From UHGV virus genome UHGV-0082254: a stretch of 15,049 nucleotides of DNA; one strand, 5' to 3'. The notes under the pieces are model-generated. The model saw nothing but the letters and a program-made list of their open reading frames with translations, did no database searches and was not told the DNA's origin. The number at the start of each line of letters is the position of its first letter. Within the stretch, counting starts at the first letter, position 1. Origin of the DNA: a virus. A program made the translations under genes and the position numbers. This document shows, piece after piece, positions 1 to 6,722 of this stretch.

Positions 1-101
1 ATCGGCTCAAACATGAAGAAATGAAATGACTGAGTCAGCCGAGAAGAATTTCCCCGCTTATTCGCACCTTCCCTAACACAGCAAAACTGCTTGCAGAAGA
101 A

Positions 102-764
102 TTGACCGGATTAATTCTGGATACAATTGTCTATCCCGACACTATTACCAGCTATGTTTCAACGATAAGAACAACCACAACCGGCTTAACGAACATTGGA
201 GAACTGGCAACTAAGCACGCGGACCTGTTGGCTGGTTATGCAGATCTGTCAATGCTGCTTCAACTCGATATTGGTTGGGATGTTTACTGCCGTGCTAATG
301 AGCGAGAAGTTTCAGAACTGCCGATCTCTATTGCCATTGGTGATGTGAATATTACTAAATCGCTTGAGGACGCTGTTAACGCGCTTAATACATCAAGTTT
401 AGTCGCTGCTATGGGGGAGATTAACCAGACCCTTAACACTGGCTCAGGAAGCTCGTCAGGCTCTGGTTCAGGCGGCGGCACTGCCACTCCCCCACCAGCA
501 CTAACAGAAGAGCAAATTGAATCTCTGAAAGTAGCAACTGAACAGTTTGGGGTTGTTTTCAACCAGACAACAGCGCCCACAACTGCGTTACAACAGCAGT
601 ATGAACGAGCGAATGAAAGCGCCAACGTAGCCATAACTGCTTATAACCATGCTATCGGTACCGCGCTTGCGGAAGCATCAGCAAATAAGGTCAGCACAGC
701 CAGCGCAGTTGCCGCTTTGGTTCCTGATTCTGTTCTTGATGAATTAAACAAAGCGGCACAGTAA
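102..764 (+). CDS. hypothetical protein with two halves joined by a Gly/Ser-rich linker
   Basis: 663-nt ORF. In-frame stop at 27-29 and no ATG until codon 51, so the start is TTG at 102 with only a weak purine-rich RBS (GCAGAAGAA). Contains a GSGSSSGSGSGGG linker followed by an Ala/Thr/Gln-rich C-terminal half. No catalytic motif recognised. Confidence 0.4.
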   Translation: MTGLILDTIVYPDTITSYVSTIRTTTTGLTNIGELATKHADLLAGYADLSMLLQLDIGWDVYCRANEREVSELPISIAIGDVNITKSLEDAVNALNTSSLVAAMGEINQTLNTGSGSSSGSGSGGGTATPPPALTEEQIESLKVATEQFGVVFNQTTAPTTALQQQYERANESANVAITAYNHAIGTALAEASANKVSTASAVAALVPDSVLDELNKAAQ

Positions 765-803
765 CAAAGGACTTCATTGATAATTTTTCTTCAGGAGGAA
801 GAC

Positions 804-1226
804 ATGTCATTCTTTTCTACGTTAAAAACAGCTTTGTCTTTGAAGGAGAAACTTGCTGCTACTGGTGTTCTTGTTCTGATTTGCGCACTTGTTGGTGCTG
901 GGTTTGCATGGGAACGTCATCAGCTAAAGCAAGCTATGGAGAAAATTGGCAGTCTTGATCAGGCTGTTAAGGAACGTGATAAGTCAATAATGGATCTTAA
1001 CCAGACCATTGAGACGATGAACAAAGCAGAGCAACATTTTCACAGCCAGGAAGTGAAAAATGAATCAGAACAAGCCAAATATGCTGACAGGCAAATGGAA
1101 CGAAAAGCTGAAGTTCAGAAACAACTGGTTGCGGCGGGTAATGTTCGCCAGCGCATTCCTGCTGACACTCAGCGGTTGCTCCGGCAGTCGATCAGCGAAT
1201 TTAACGCCGACGCCGACAAAGGTTAA
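804..1226 (+). CDS. i-spanin-like (Rz-like) type II inner-membrane coiled-coil protein
   Basis: ATG at 804 preceded by strong SD CAGGAGGAAGAC (the track start at 777 is an upstream TTG). N-terminal hydrophobic segment LAATGVLVLICALVGAGFAW, then a charged, heptad-rich periplasmic region (QAMEKIGSLDQAVKERDKSIMDLNQTIETMNKAEQ...). A lipoprotein ORF overlaps its 3' end in the +1 frame. Confidence 0.5.
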   Translation: MSFFSTLKTALSLKEKLAATGVLVLICALVGAGFAWERHQLKQAMEKIGSLDQAVKERDKSIMDLNQTIETMNKAEQHFHSQEVKNESEQAKYADRQMERKAEVQKQLVAAGNVRQRIPADTQRLLRQSISEFNADADKG

Positions 1227-1392
1227 CCACCCTGCCCCCAAAAGTGCATTTATGTGCAGGATGCCAGAGTTTAGCAGTGAATATTTTGATGATCTGCCAG
1301 CCTATATCCTTGATACAGAAACGATGCTGATGGGGATTAACAGGAAGAATCGCAACGTTAATGATTACAACCGCGCTATCAGCGGTAACTAA
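1141..1392 (+). CDS. o-spanin-like (Rz1-like) outer-membrane lipoprotein, overlapped architecture
   Basis: +1-frame ORF overlapping the 3' end of the 804..1226 gene and extending 166 nt beyond it. Signal peptide with lipobox (RR)VMFASAFLLTLSG|C; mature part is short and Pro-rich (TPTPT, HPAP) with one further Cys. Start is ambiguous: ATG 1141, TTG 1129 (gives MRRVMFASAFLLTLSGC) or the upstream ATGs at 1060/1081. Confidence 0.5.
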   Translation: MFASAFLLTLSGCSGSRSANLTPTPTKVNHPAPKSAFMCRMPEFSSEYFDDLPAYILDTETMLMGINRKNRNVNDYNRAISGN

Positions 1393-1403
1393 AAGGGATT
1401 TTT

Positions 1404-1796
1404 ATGTCTGATAAAGTAACAGTAAAGCAAACTATCAACAAAGCGACTTCAATCTACAAAATTGAGCACATCACTGTTGGCAAGCCAGGATCTGAACAAT
1501 ACCGTCATGCTTTCGAGCTTGCCGATCAGCTTGGTTTAAAACACCCGGATTGCATCGAGCATGTATTTCCGACCTATGCTGATGAGCAATGTACTCATGT
1601 TCTTACCGAAGAGGATTTTTTCAGCACTGAAGAACGAGAAGGCGTTGATCGCTGCATTGGTGTGATTTGTTCTTCGGTAAGTGATGAGTTATTCCCTAAT
1701 GTGCCTGAATATGGTGGTATTGGATACCAATTCCTGTACGAAGGCGATGAGCTTAAATGTTATGAACATGGTCTTCTTATCGAAAGCGTAGAATAA
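1404..1796 (+). CDS. hypothetical acidic Cys/His-containing protein
   Basis: 130-aa ORF with ATG start and SD AAAGGGA 6 nt upstream. Acidic, with spaced Cys/His (HPDCIEH, EQCTH, DRCIGVICSS, KCYEH) that could bind metal. Followed by a hairpin terminator. Confidence 0.6.
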   Translation: MSDKVTVKQTINKATSIYKIEHITVGKPGSEQYRHAFELADQLGLKHPDCIEHVFPTYADEQCTHVLTEEDFFSTEEREGVDRCIGVICSSVSDELFPNVPEYGGIGYQFLYEGDELKCYEHGLLIESVE

Positions 1797-1809
1797 TACC
1801 CTTCCTTCC

Positions 1810-1836
1810 AACCGGCTATGTTGGCCGGTTTATTCA
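1810..1836 (+). terminator. rho-independent terminator candidate
   Basis: AACCGGC-tatgttg-GCCGGTT stem followed by T-rich TTATTCAACTT, immediately after the 1404..1796 stop. Confidence 0.5.
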
Positions 1837-1838
1837 AC

Positions 1839-1847
1839 TTATCCACA
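1839..1847 (+). promoter_or_regulatory. DnaA box (TTATCCACA) at the plasmid origin
   Basis: Perfect 9-mer TTATCCACA directly upstream of the GATC cluster and iterons, as expected for a P1-type oriR. Confidence 0.7.
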
Positions 1848-1852
1848 GCATA

Positions 1853-1909
1853 GATCCAATAAACAGATCCCAAAGAGAACCTAGGAAGATCCAAAGAAGA
1901 TCCCGGATC
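1853..1909. repeat. cluster of five GATC (Dam) sites in AGATCC-type repeats
   Basis: GATC at 1853, 1866, 1888, 1899 and 1906, four of them within AGATCC(A/C) repeats; lies between the DnaA box and the iterons. Confidence 0.7.
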
Positions 1910-1950
1910 GCTGTAAGCCGCGCCGTTCATGGCCTGAAACGGGATCAACA

Positions 1951-2056
1951 TTGACTATACGCGATTTTATGTTGACTGTGTGCGATTTTATGTTGACTGC
2001 ACGCGATTTATTGTTGACTATACGCGACAGAAACGTTGACTGTACGCGATTTTAGA
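1951..2056 (+). repeat. five direct iterons (incC-like) of the RepA origin
   Basis: TTGACT(A/G)T(A/G)(C/T)GCGATTT(T)A(T/G) repeated at 1951, 1972, 1993, 2014 and 2036 with 21-22 bp periodicity, immediately upstream of repA. Confidence 0.85.
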
Positions 2057-2130
2057 GCCTGAATATTCACAGCTGTTGATAACAGTCATCTAAATTAACG
2101 CCAGGCCGCGCCACACATGGAGAAACCACG

Positions 2131-3015
2131 ATGCCGGAAGAAAGTAAAGGCTTCCTTAGCGTTGAAGAAGTTGCAGGAAATACAGGAGAAATCCACAGCC
2201 TGAAGCCCAATAACAACAGCACTATACAACCTATCGCTTTGTTGCGCTTAGGTGTGTTTGTGCCAACCTTAAAATCTACCAATGTGGCACTACGTCGCGG
2301 ATCGTCAGTTACTACAAACACAACGAACGCAACCGAAGAACTATCAAGCCTTAAAATTGTTGAGCAGGAAGGCTATGAGGGAATTGAAATTCATGGCCCA
2401 CGCCTGGATATGGATACTGATTTTAAGGTGTGGGTGGGCATAACCTCCGCGTTGTTTGACTACGCACCTGATGATGACGGCATAATCACCCTGCCATTCT
2501 CCGAGTTTGCCGATCGATGCGGCTATCCACGTAAGCGCCTTTCAAAGGCGTTCCGTAAAAGTATTGATGACTCTCTGACACGCATTCAGCAGACAGTTGT
2601 CAAATTCCGCTTCCCGGCGGCAAAAGGTCATCTCAATAACATTAACGTCAACTTGTTGGCATATAGCAGCCTGAATACCGAGCTTGATGTTATCGAGATC
2701 CAGCCGCAGAAACAGCTATCTGAACTTTACTATGTTGACTATAAGCGAATCCTGAAGCTGAAGATGCTGGATAAGCTCGGGCGCAAAGAGACGGCCAAGG
2801 TACTGTATACATTCTTTGAGGCTCTACCCGCCAACCCGGCACCTGTCAGCATTGAGCGCCTTAGAGCAAGGCTTAATCTCAAATCATCCGTTAGCGTGCA
2901 AAATAGCGTTATCAGAAAAGCCATGAAAGATTTGGAAGCTATTGAATATCTTAAATTTTCAGAGATAAAAAACGGCAGGAAAATCGGCTTCCAGATCCAT
3001 AAGCGCAATCCATAA
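2131..3015 (+). CDS. repA: iteron-binding plasmid replication initiator RepA (P1 RepA family)
   Basis: 294-aa ORF with SD GGAGAAA, flanked by iteron arrays on both sides. Protein blocks (PIALLRLGVFVP, GPRLDMDTDFKVWVG) resemble P1 RepA as I recall it. Confidence 0.85.
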   Translation: MPEESKGFLSVEEVAGNTGEIHSLKPNNNSTIQPIALLRLGVFVPTLKSTNVALRRGSSVTTNTTNATEELSSLKIVEQEGYEGIEIHGPRLDMDTDFKVWVGITSALFDYAPDDDGIITLPFSEFADRCGYPRKRLSKAFRKSIDDSLTRIQQTVVKFRFPAAKGHLNNINVNLLAYSSLNTELDVIEIQPQKQLSELYYVDYKRILKLKMLDKLGRKETAKVLYTFFEALPANPAPVSIERLRARLNLKSSVSVQNSVIRKAMKDLEAIEYLKFSEIKNGRKIGFQIHKRNP

Positions 3016-3017
3016 TA

Positions 3018-3272
3018 TTGACTATATGCGATAGCGAGAAGTTGACTATAGGCGACATTCGTTGACGCTGGTGGATTTTTGCTGGCGTCAATATTCTGCA
3101 AGTCGCTATTGAGATGGCTTTTAGGGTCATTTCATCGCGTATAGTCAACGTTTCTCCCGACAATATCTTACATAGTCGATCTTTGGTGGAGTTAAATCGA
3201 CTACAGTCAACTTTTGACTGTAGTCACATCGCGCATAGTCAACTATTCACATTAACTTTCGCGCATAGTCAA
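3018..3272. repeat. downstream iteron array (incA-like copy-control locus), about nine sites in both orientations
   Basis: Direct-orientation TTGACTRT.. at 3018, 3042, 3062 (degenerate) and 3214; inverted-orientation ..RTAGTCAA ending at 3148, 3180 (partial), 3210, 3242 and 3272. Confidence 0.8.
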
Positions 3273-3307
3273 CATTTGCGCGGTTCTCATCAAGCAGTGG
3301 TATTGAT

Positions 3308-4117
3308 ATGCAAGAAGAGAAACAACACTACCTCTACGTTCTGGTGCCGGAGAACGGAGATACTTTTAAAATCGGCATTTCATGTGGTCCATTGGCACGG
3401 TTTAAAGGGCTACAAGTGAGTCCCGATTTTGCGCTTTCACGGGTCTATCGTGGTACGCGTTTGGCAATAGTTAATCTTGAGCGGGCTTTACACGCAACCT
3501 TTTTCCCCTGGAATGCGCCGTGGGAGAAAAGCGCTGGTGGCGGGCATACTGAATGGTTTACACGAGAGTGTCTTGATAAGGTTTTGGCTCATATCGAATA
3601 TCTAAATGATATGTGGGGAGGGATTCTCGAGCGCATTAAGTCGAATGATTTACTTCAGCGTCCAGTAGATGCTGCCCGCTCTTTCGAAAAAGAGCTGGAT
3701 GTTACTTCTATCGTGACTTTCAAAGATGACGCAGGAATGAGGGACGTGGCTTATGTCTCCATATCTGGCTATGAACCGGACGCGATCCGCGCTCAATGTG
3801 AATTGCTGAAAGCAATGTTTATGCTTCGGACTAAATATCCCTGGGAGACAAGGCGGGTGTGCTTCCCTATGGAAGAGTTAACCGCCACCATTGATTCCCA
3901 GCTTTACCACGATAATCCAGAGAAGTTTTTTAGCCTTTTAGCCGGTAATGGGCTTAACTGTGTGTCCGGGCTGGGGCGAAGTAGAATCCAACATGCCTCG
4001 CTCTTCGGTCCCTTCTTTTACGATCGACACGGGTACTTTGAGGCTGAACTTCCGGCGCTTACGCGTGCTATAGATACTATCGATTTCGAACGATTATTCG
4101 CTGCTCTTAGCAAATAA
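3308..4117 (+). CDS. T5orf172 / GIY-YIG-like domain protein of unknown function
   Basis: 269-aa ORF with ATG start. The N-terminal ~90 aa carry the T5orf172-type pattern: HYLYVLV ... FKIGIS ... R ... LERALHATF ... GGHTEWF. The C-terminal ~170 aa are unassigned. Sits between incA and the par promoter. Confidence 0.7.
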   Translation: MQEEKQHYLYVLVPENGDTFKIGISCGPLARFKGLQVSPDFALSRVYRGTRLAIVNLERALHATFFPWNAPWEKSAGGGHTEWFTRECLDKVLAHIEYLNDMWGGILERIKSNDLLQRPVDAARSFEKELDVTSIVTFKDDAGMRDVAYVSISGYEPDAIRAQCELLKAMFMLRTKYPWETRRVCFPMEELTATIDSQLYHDNPEKFFSLLAGNGLNCVSGLGRSRIQHASLFGPFFYDRHGYFEAELPALTRAIDTIDFERLFAALSK

Positions 4118-4124
4118 CACTGAT

Positions 4125-4146
4125 GCCCCTGAACGGGGCTTTTTTG
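4125..4146 (+). terminator. rho-independent terminator
   Basis: GCCCC-tgaac-GGGGC stem followed by TTTTTTG, 8 nt after the stop at 4115-4117. Confidence 0.7.
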
Positions 4147-4285
4147 TGCCCTCCTTGTAACTCTCAATCGTGCAAAATGAACCAAACATGCAGAGAATGC
4201 TATGTACAAGCATCTGTGCATACATTATTATTTTATGCAGCATTTTTAATTAAATTCAAAAATACAGCATAAAGGATGGCTTTCG

Positions 4286-5482
4286 ATGAGTGATTCCAGC
4301 CAGCTTCACAAGGTTGCTCAAAGAGCAAACAGAATGCTCAATGTTCTGACTGAACAAGTACAGTTGCAAAAGGATGAGCTACACGCGAACGAGTTTTACC
4401 AGGTCTATGCGAAAGCGGCACTGGCAAAATTGCCTCTACTGACTCGAGCGAACGTTGACTATGCCGTGAGTGAAATGGAAGAAAAGGGTTATGTTTTCGA
4501 TAAACGCCCTGCTGGCTCTTCAATGAAATATGCGATGTCAATTCAGAACATCATTGACATATATGAACATCGCGGAGTGCCAAAATACCGGGATCGCTAC
4601 AGCGAAGCGTATGTGATTTTCATCTCCAATCTTAAAGGCGGTGTGTCAAAAACTGTATCGACGGTTTCTCTGGCGCATGCAATGCGTGCTCACCCTCATC
4701 TTCTGATGGAAGATTTAAGGATTCTGGTTATTGACCTTGATCCGCAATCTTCAGCAACGATGTTTTTAAGCCATAAACACTCTATTGGTATCGTAAACGC
4801 AACATCTGCACAGGCTATGTTGCAGAATGTAAGCCGTGAAGAGCTGTTAGAGGAGTTTATTGTTCCTTCTGTTGTACCTGGGGTTGACGTTATGCCTGCG
4901 TCGATTGACGATGCCTTTATTGCATCCGATTGGAGAGAGCTGTGCAATGAGCATCTACCGGGTCAGAACATCCATGCTGTCCTGAAAGAAAATGTGATTG
5001 ATAAGCTGAAGAGCGATTATGACTTTATCCTCGTTGATAGTGGTCCTCACCTTGACGCCTTCCTGAAAAATGCTTTGGCCTCGGCCAATATACTGTTTAC
5101 ACCTTTGCCGCCTGCAACGGTTGATTTCCACTCATCGCTTAAATACGTTGCCCGCCTTCCTGAGTTGGTGAAACTCATTTCGGATGAAGGCTGCGAGTGC
5201 CAGCTTGCGACTAACATTGGTTTTATGTCCAAGTTGAGTAACAAGGCAGACCATAAGTATTGCCATAGCCTGGCTAAAGAAGTGTTCGGTGGGGATATGC
5301 TTGATGTCGTCCTCCCTCGCCTTGACGGTTTTGAACGCTGCGGCGAGTCTTTTGACACTGTTATTTCAGCTAACCCGGCAACGTATGTTGGTAGTGCTGA
5401 TGCATTGAAGAACGCGCGAATTGCCGCGGAAGATTTTGCTAAAGCAGTTTTCGACCGTATTGAATTTATCAGATCTAACTGA
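4286..5482 (+). CDS. parA: partition ATPase ParA (type Ia, P1/P7 type)
   Basis: 398 aa; deviant Walker A box LKGGVSKT; long N-terminal extension typical of type Ia ParA; SD AAAGGATGG. Sequence and length match P1 ParA as I recall it. Confidence 0.9.
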   Translation: MSDSSQLHKVAQRANRMLNVLTEQVQLQKDELHANEFYQVYAKAALAKLPLLTRANVDYAVSEMEEKGYVFDKRPAGSSMKYAMSIQNIIDIYEHRGVPKYRDRYSEAYVIFISNLKGGVSKTVSTVSLAHAMRAHPHLLMEDLRILVIDLDPQSSATMFLSHKHSIGIVNATSAQAMLQNVSREELLEEFIVPSVVPGVDVMPASIDDAFIASDWRELCNEHLPGQNIHAVLKENVIDKLKSDYDFILVDSGPHLDAFLKNALASANILFTPLPPATVDFHSSLKYVARLPELVKLISDEGCECQLATNIGFMSKLSNKADHKYCHSLAKEVFGGDMLDVVLPRLDGFERCGESFDTVISANPATYVGSADALKNARIAAEDFAKAVFDRIEFIRSN

Positions 5483-5498
5483 GGAGTAAGAAACCCCC

Positions 5499-6500
5499 AT
5501 GTCAAAGAAAAACAGACCAACAATTGGGCGAACCCTTAATCCTTCAATATTAAGCGGATTTGATAGTTCTTCAGCCTCTGGCGATCGAGTCGAGCAGGTA
5601 TTCAAGTTATCAACTGGTCGCCAGGCCATATTTATTGAAGAGGTAATACCTCCGAACCAGGTAGAAAGCGATACCTTTGTTGATCAGCATAACAACGGGC
5701 GTGACCAGGCATCTCTTACGCCAAAATCATTAAAAAGTATCCGAAGCACTATTAAGCATCAGCAATTTTACCCTGCAATAGGTGTTAGACGGGCTACAGG
5801 GAAAATTGAAATTTTGGATGGTTCCCGGCGTCGAGCTTCTGCCATCTTAGAGAACGTAGGGTTGCGGGTTTTAGTCACGGACCAGGAGATCAGCGTTCAG
5901 GAAGCGCAAAATTTAGCGAAAGACGTTCAGACAGCATTGCAGCACAGCATTCGAGAAATAGGTCTGCGTTTGATGCGAATGAAAAATGATGGGATGAGTC
6001 AGAAGGATATTGCAGCCAAAGAAGGGCTGTCTCAGGCGAAGGTCACGCGTGCTCTCCAGGCAGCGAGTGCTCCGGAAGAATTAGTCGCCCTTTTCCCTGT
6101 GCAGTCGGAATTAACCTTTTCGGACTACAAAACGCTTTGTGCTGTTGGCGACGAAATGGGGAACAAGAATTTAGAGTTTGATCAGCTTATTCAAAACATA
6201 TCCCCGGAAATAAACGACATCTTATCCATTGAAGAAATGGCCGAAGATGAAGTTAAAAATAAAATCCTGCGCTTGATAACAAAGGAAGCCTCACTACTCA
6301 CGGATAAAGGTTCTAAAGATAAGTCCGTAGTTACTGAATTATGGAAATTTGAGGACAAGGATCGCTTTGCAAGGAAGCGCGTGAAAGGCCGTGCATTTTC
6401 TTATGAGTTTAATCGACTCTCAAAAGAGTTACAGGAAGAACTCGACAGGATGATTGGGCATATCCTTAGAAAGAGCCTCGATAAAAAGCCGAAGCCTTAA
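5499..6500 (+). CDS. parB: centromere-binding protein ParB (P1/P7 type)
   Basis: 333 aa, SD GAGGAG, immediately downstream of parA and followed by parS; sequence matches P1 ParB as I recall it. Confidence 0.9.
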   Translation: MSKKNRPTIGRTLNPSILSGFDSSSASGDRVEQVFKLSTGRQAIFIEEVIPPNQVESDTFVDQHNNGRDQASLTPKSLKSIRSTIKHQQFYPAIGVRRATGKIEILDGSRRRASAILENVGLRVLVTDQEISVQEAQNLAKDVQTALQHSIREIGLRLMRMKNDGMSQKDIAAKEGLSQAKVTRALQAASAPEELVALFPVQSELTFSDYKTLCAVGDEMGNKNLEFDQLIQNISPEINDILSIEEMAEDEVKNKILRLITKEASLLTDKGSKDKSVVTELWKFEDKDRFARKRVKGRAFSYEFNRLSKELQEELDRMIGHILRKSLDKKPKP

Positions 6501-6590
6501 ACTTTCGCCATTCAAATTTCACCATTAAATTACTGTTTTTAAAGTAAATCCTTCTAAAATTTCAAGGTGAAATCGCCACGATTTCACCTT
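6501..6590 (+). other. parS centromere (P1-type box A / box B arrangement around an AT-rich IHF-like core)
   Basis: Box B TCGCCA at 6504 and 6573; box A ATTTCAC at 6516 and 6581 and inverted GTGAAAT at 6567; AT-rich central segment between them. Confidence 0.8.
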
Positions 6591-6643
6591 GGATTTTACC
6601 TTTTCCCCCCTCCTCCCGAAAAAAAAAAATTTCTTGTCACGAG

Positions 6644-6671
6644 AAAGTCAACAAGTGACTTTCAATAAAAT
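6644..6671 (+). promoter_or_regulatory. candidate late-type promoter: palindrome AAAGTCA-N5-TGACTTT plus -10-like TAAAAT
   Basis: Perfect 7-bp inverted repeat at 6644-6662, followed after 3 nt by ATAAAAT, about 50 bp upstream of the first structural gene. Promoter function is inferred from position only. Confidence 0.3.
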
Positions 6672-6722
6672 CTCTTCCGAAAAGGGATTCACACAAGTGC
6701 CTTGTGTTTAAGGAAGAGTAAA

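Noticed and set aside
284-634. Minus-strand 116-aa ORF and the other antisense or embedded ORFs in the track (2739..3101-, 2951..3163-, 4338..4541-, 4696..4947-, 5047..5629-, 6689..7032 both strands, 7183..8321 both strands, 8731..9076, 9457..10235, 10421..10666-, 10918..11649-, 14337..14905+).
   Set aside because: All lie inside or antisense to well-supported genes, lack convincing ribosome-binding sites, and have low-complexity or Cys/Arg-rich translations typical of shadow ORFs.
1760-1951. 63-aa minus-strand ORF across the terminator, DnaA box and GATC cluster.
   Set aside because: It covers origin elements rather than coding sequence and has no RBS.
2073-2085. Small palindrome CTGTT-gat-AACAG between the iterons and repA.
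   Set aside because: Too short (5-bp arms) to distinguish from chance; more likely part of the repA promoter or leader.
1951-3272. Possible CRISPR array, given the regularly spaced repeats.
   Set aside because: The repeats have a 21-22 bp period with no unique spacers, occur in both orientations, and flank repA; they are plasmid iterons.
3114-3419. 101-aa + strand ORF spanning the iteron array into upfA.
   Set aside because: It overlaps the iterons and the start of the T5orf172 gene in another frame and has no RBS; an artefact of the repeats.
4150-4285. AT-rich region upstream of parA with partial inverted repeats, presumably the par promoter/operator.
   Set aside because: Expected for an autoregulated parAB operon, but I could not define an exact operator palindrome or -35/-10 pair, so it is not listed as a feature.
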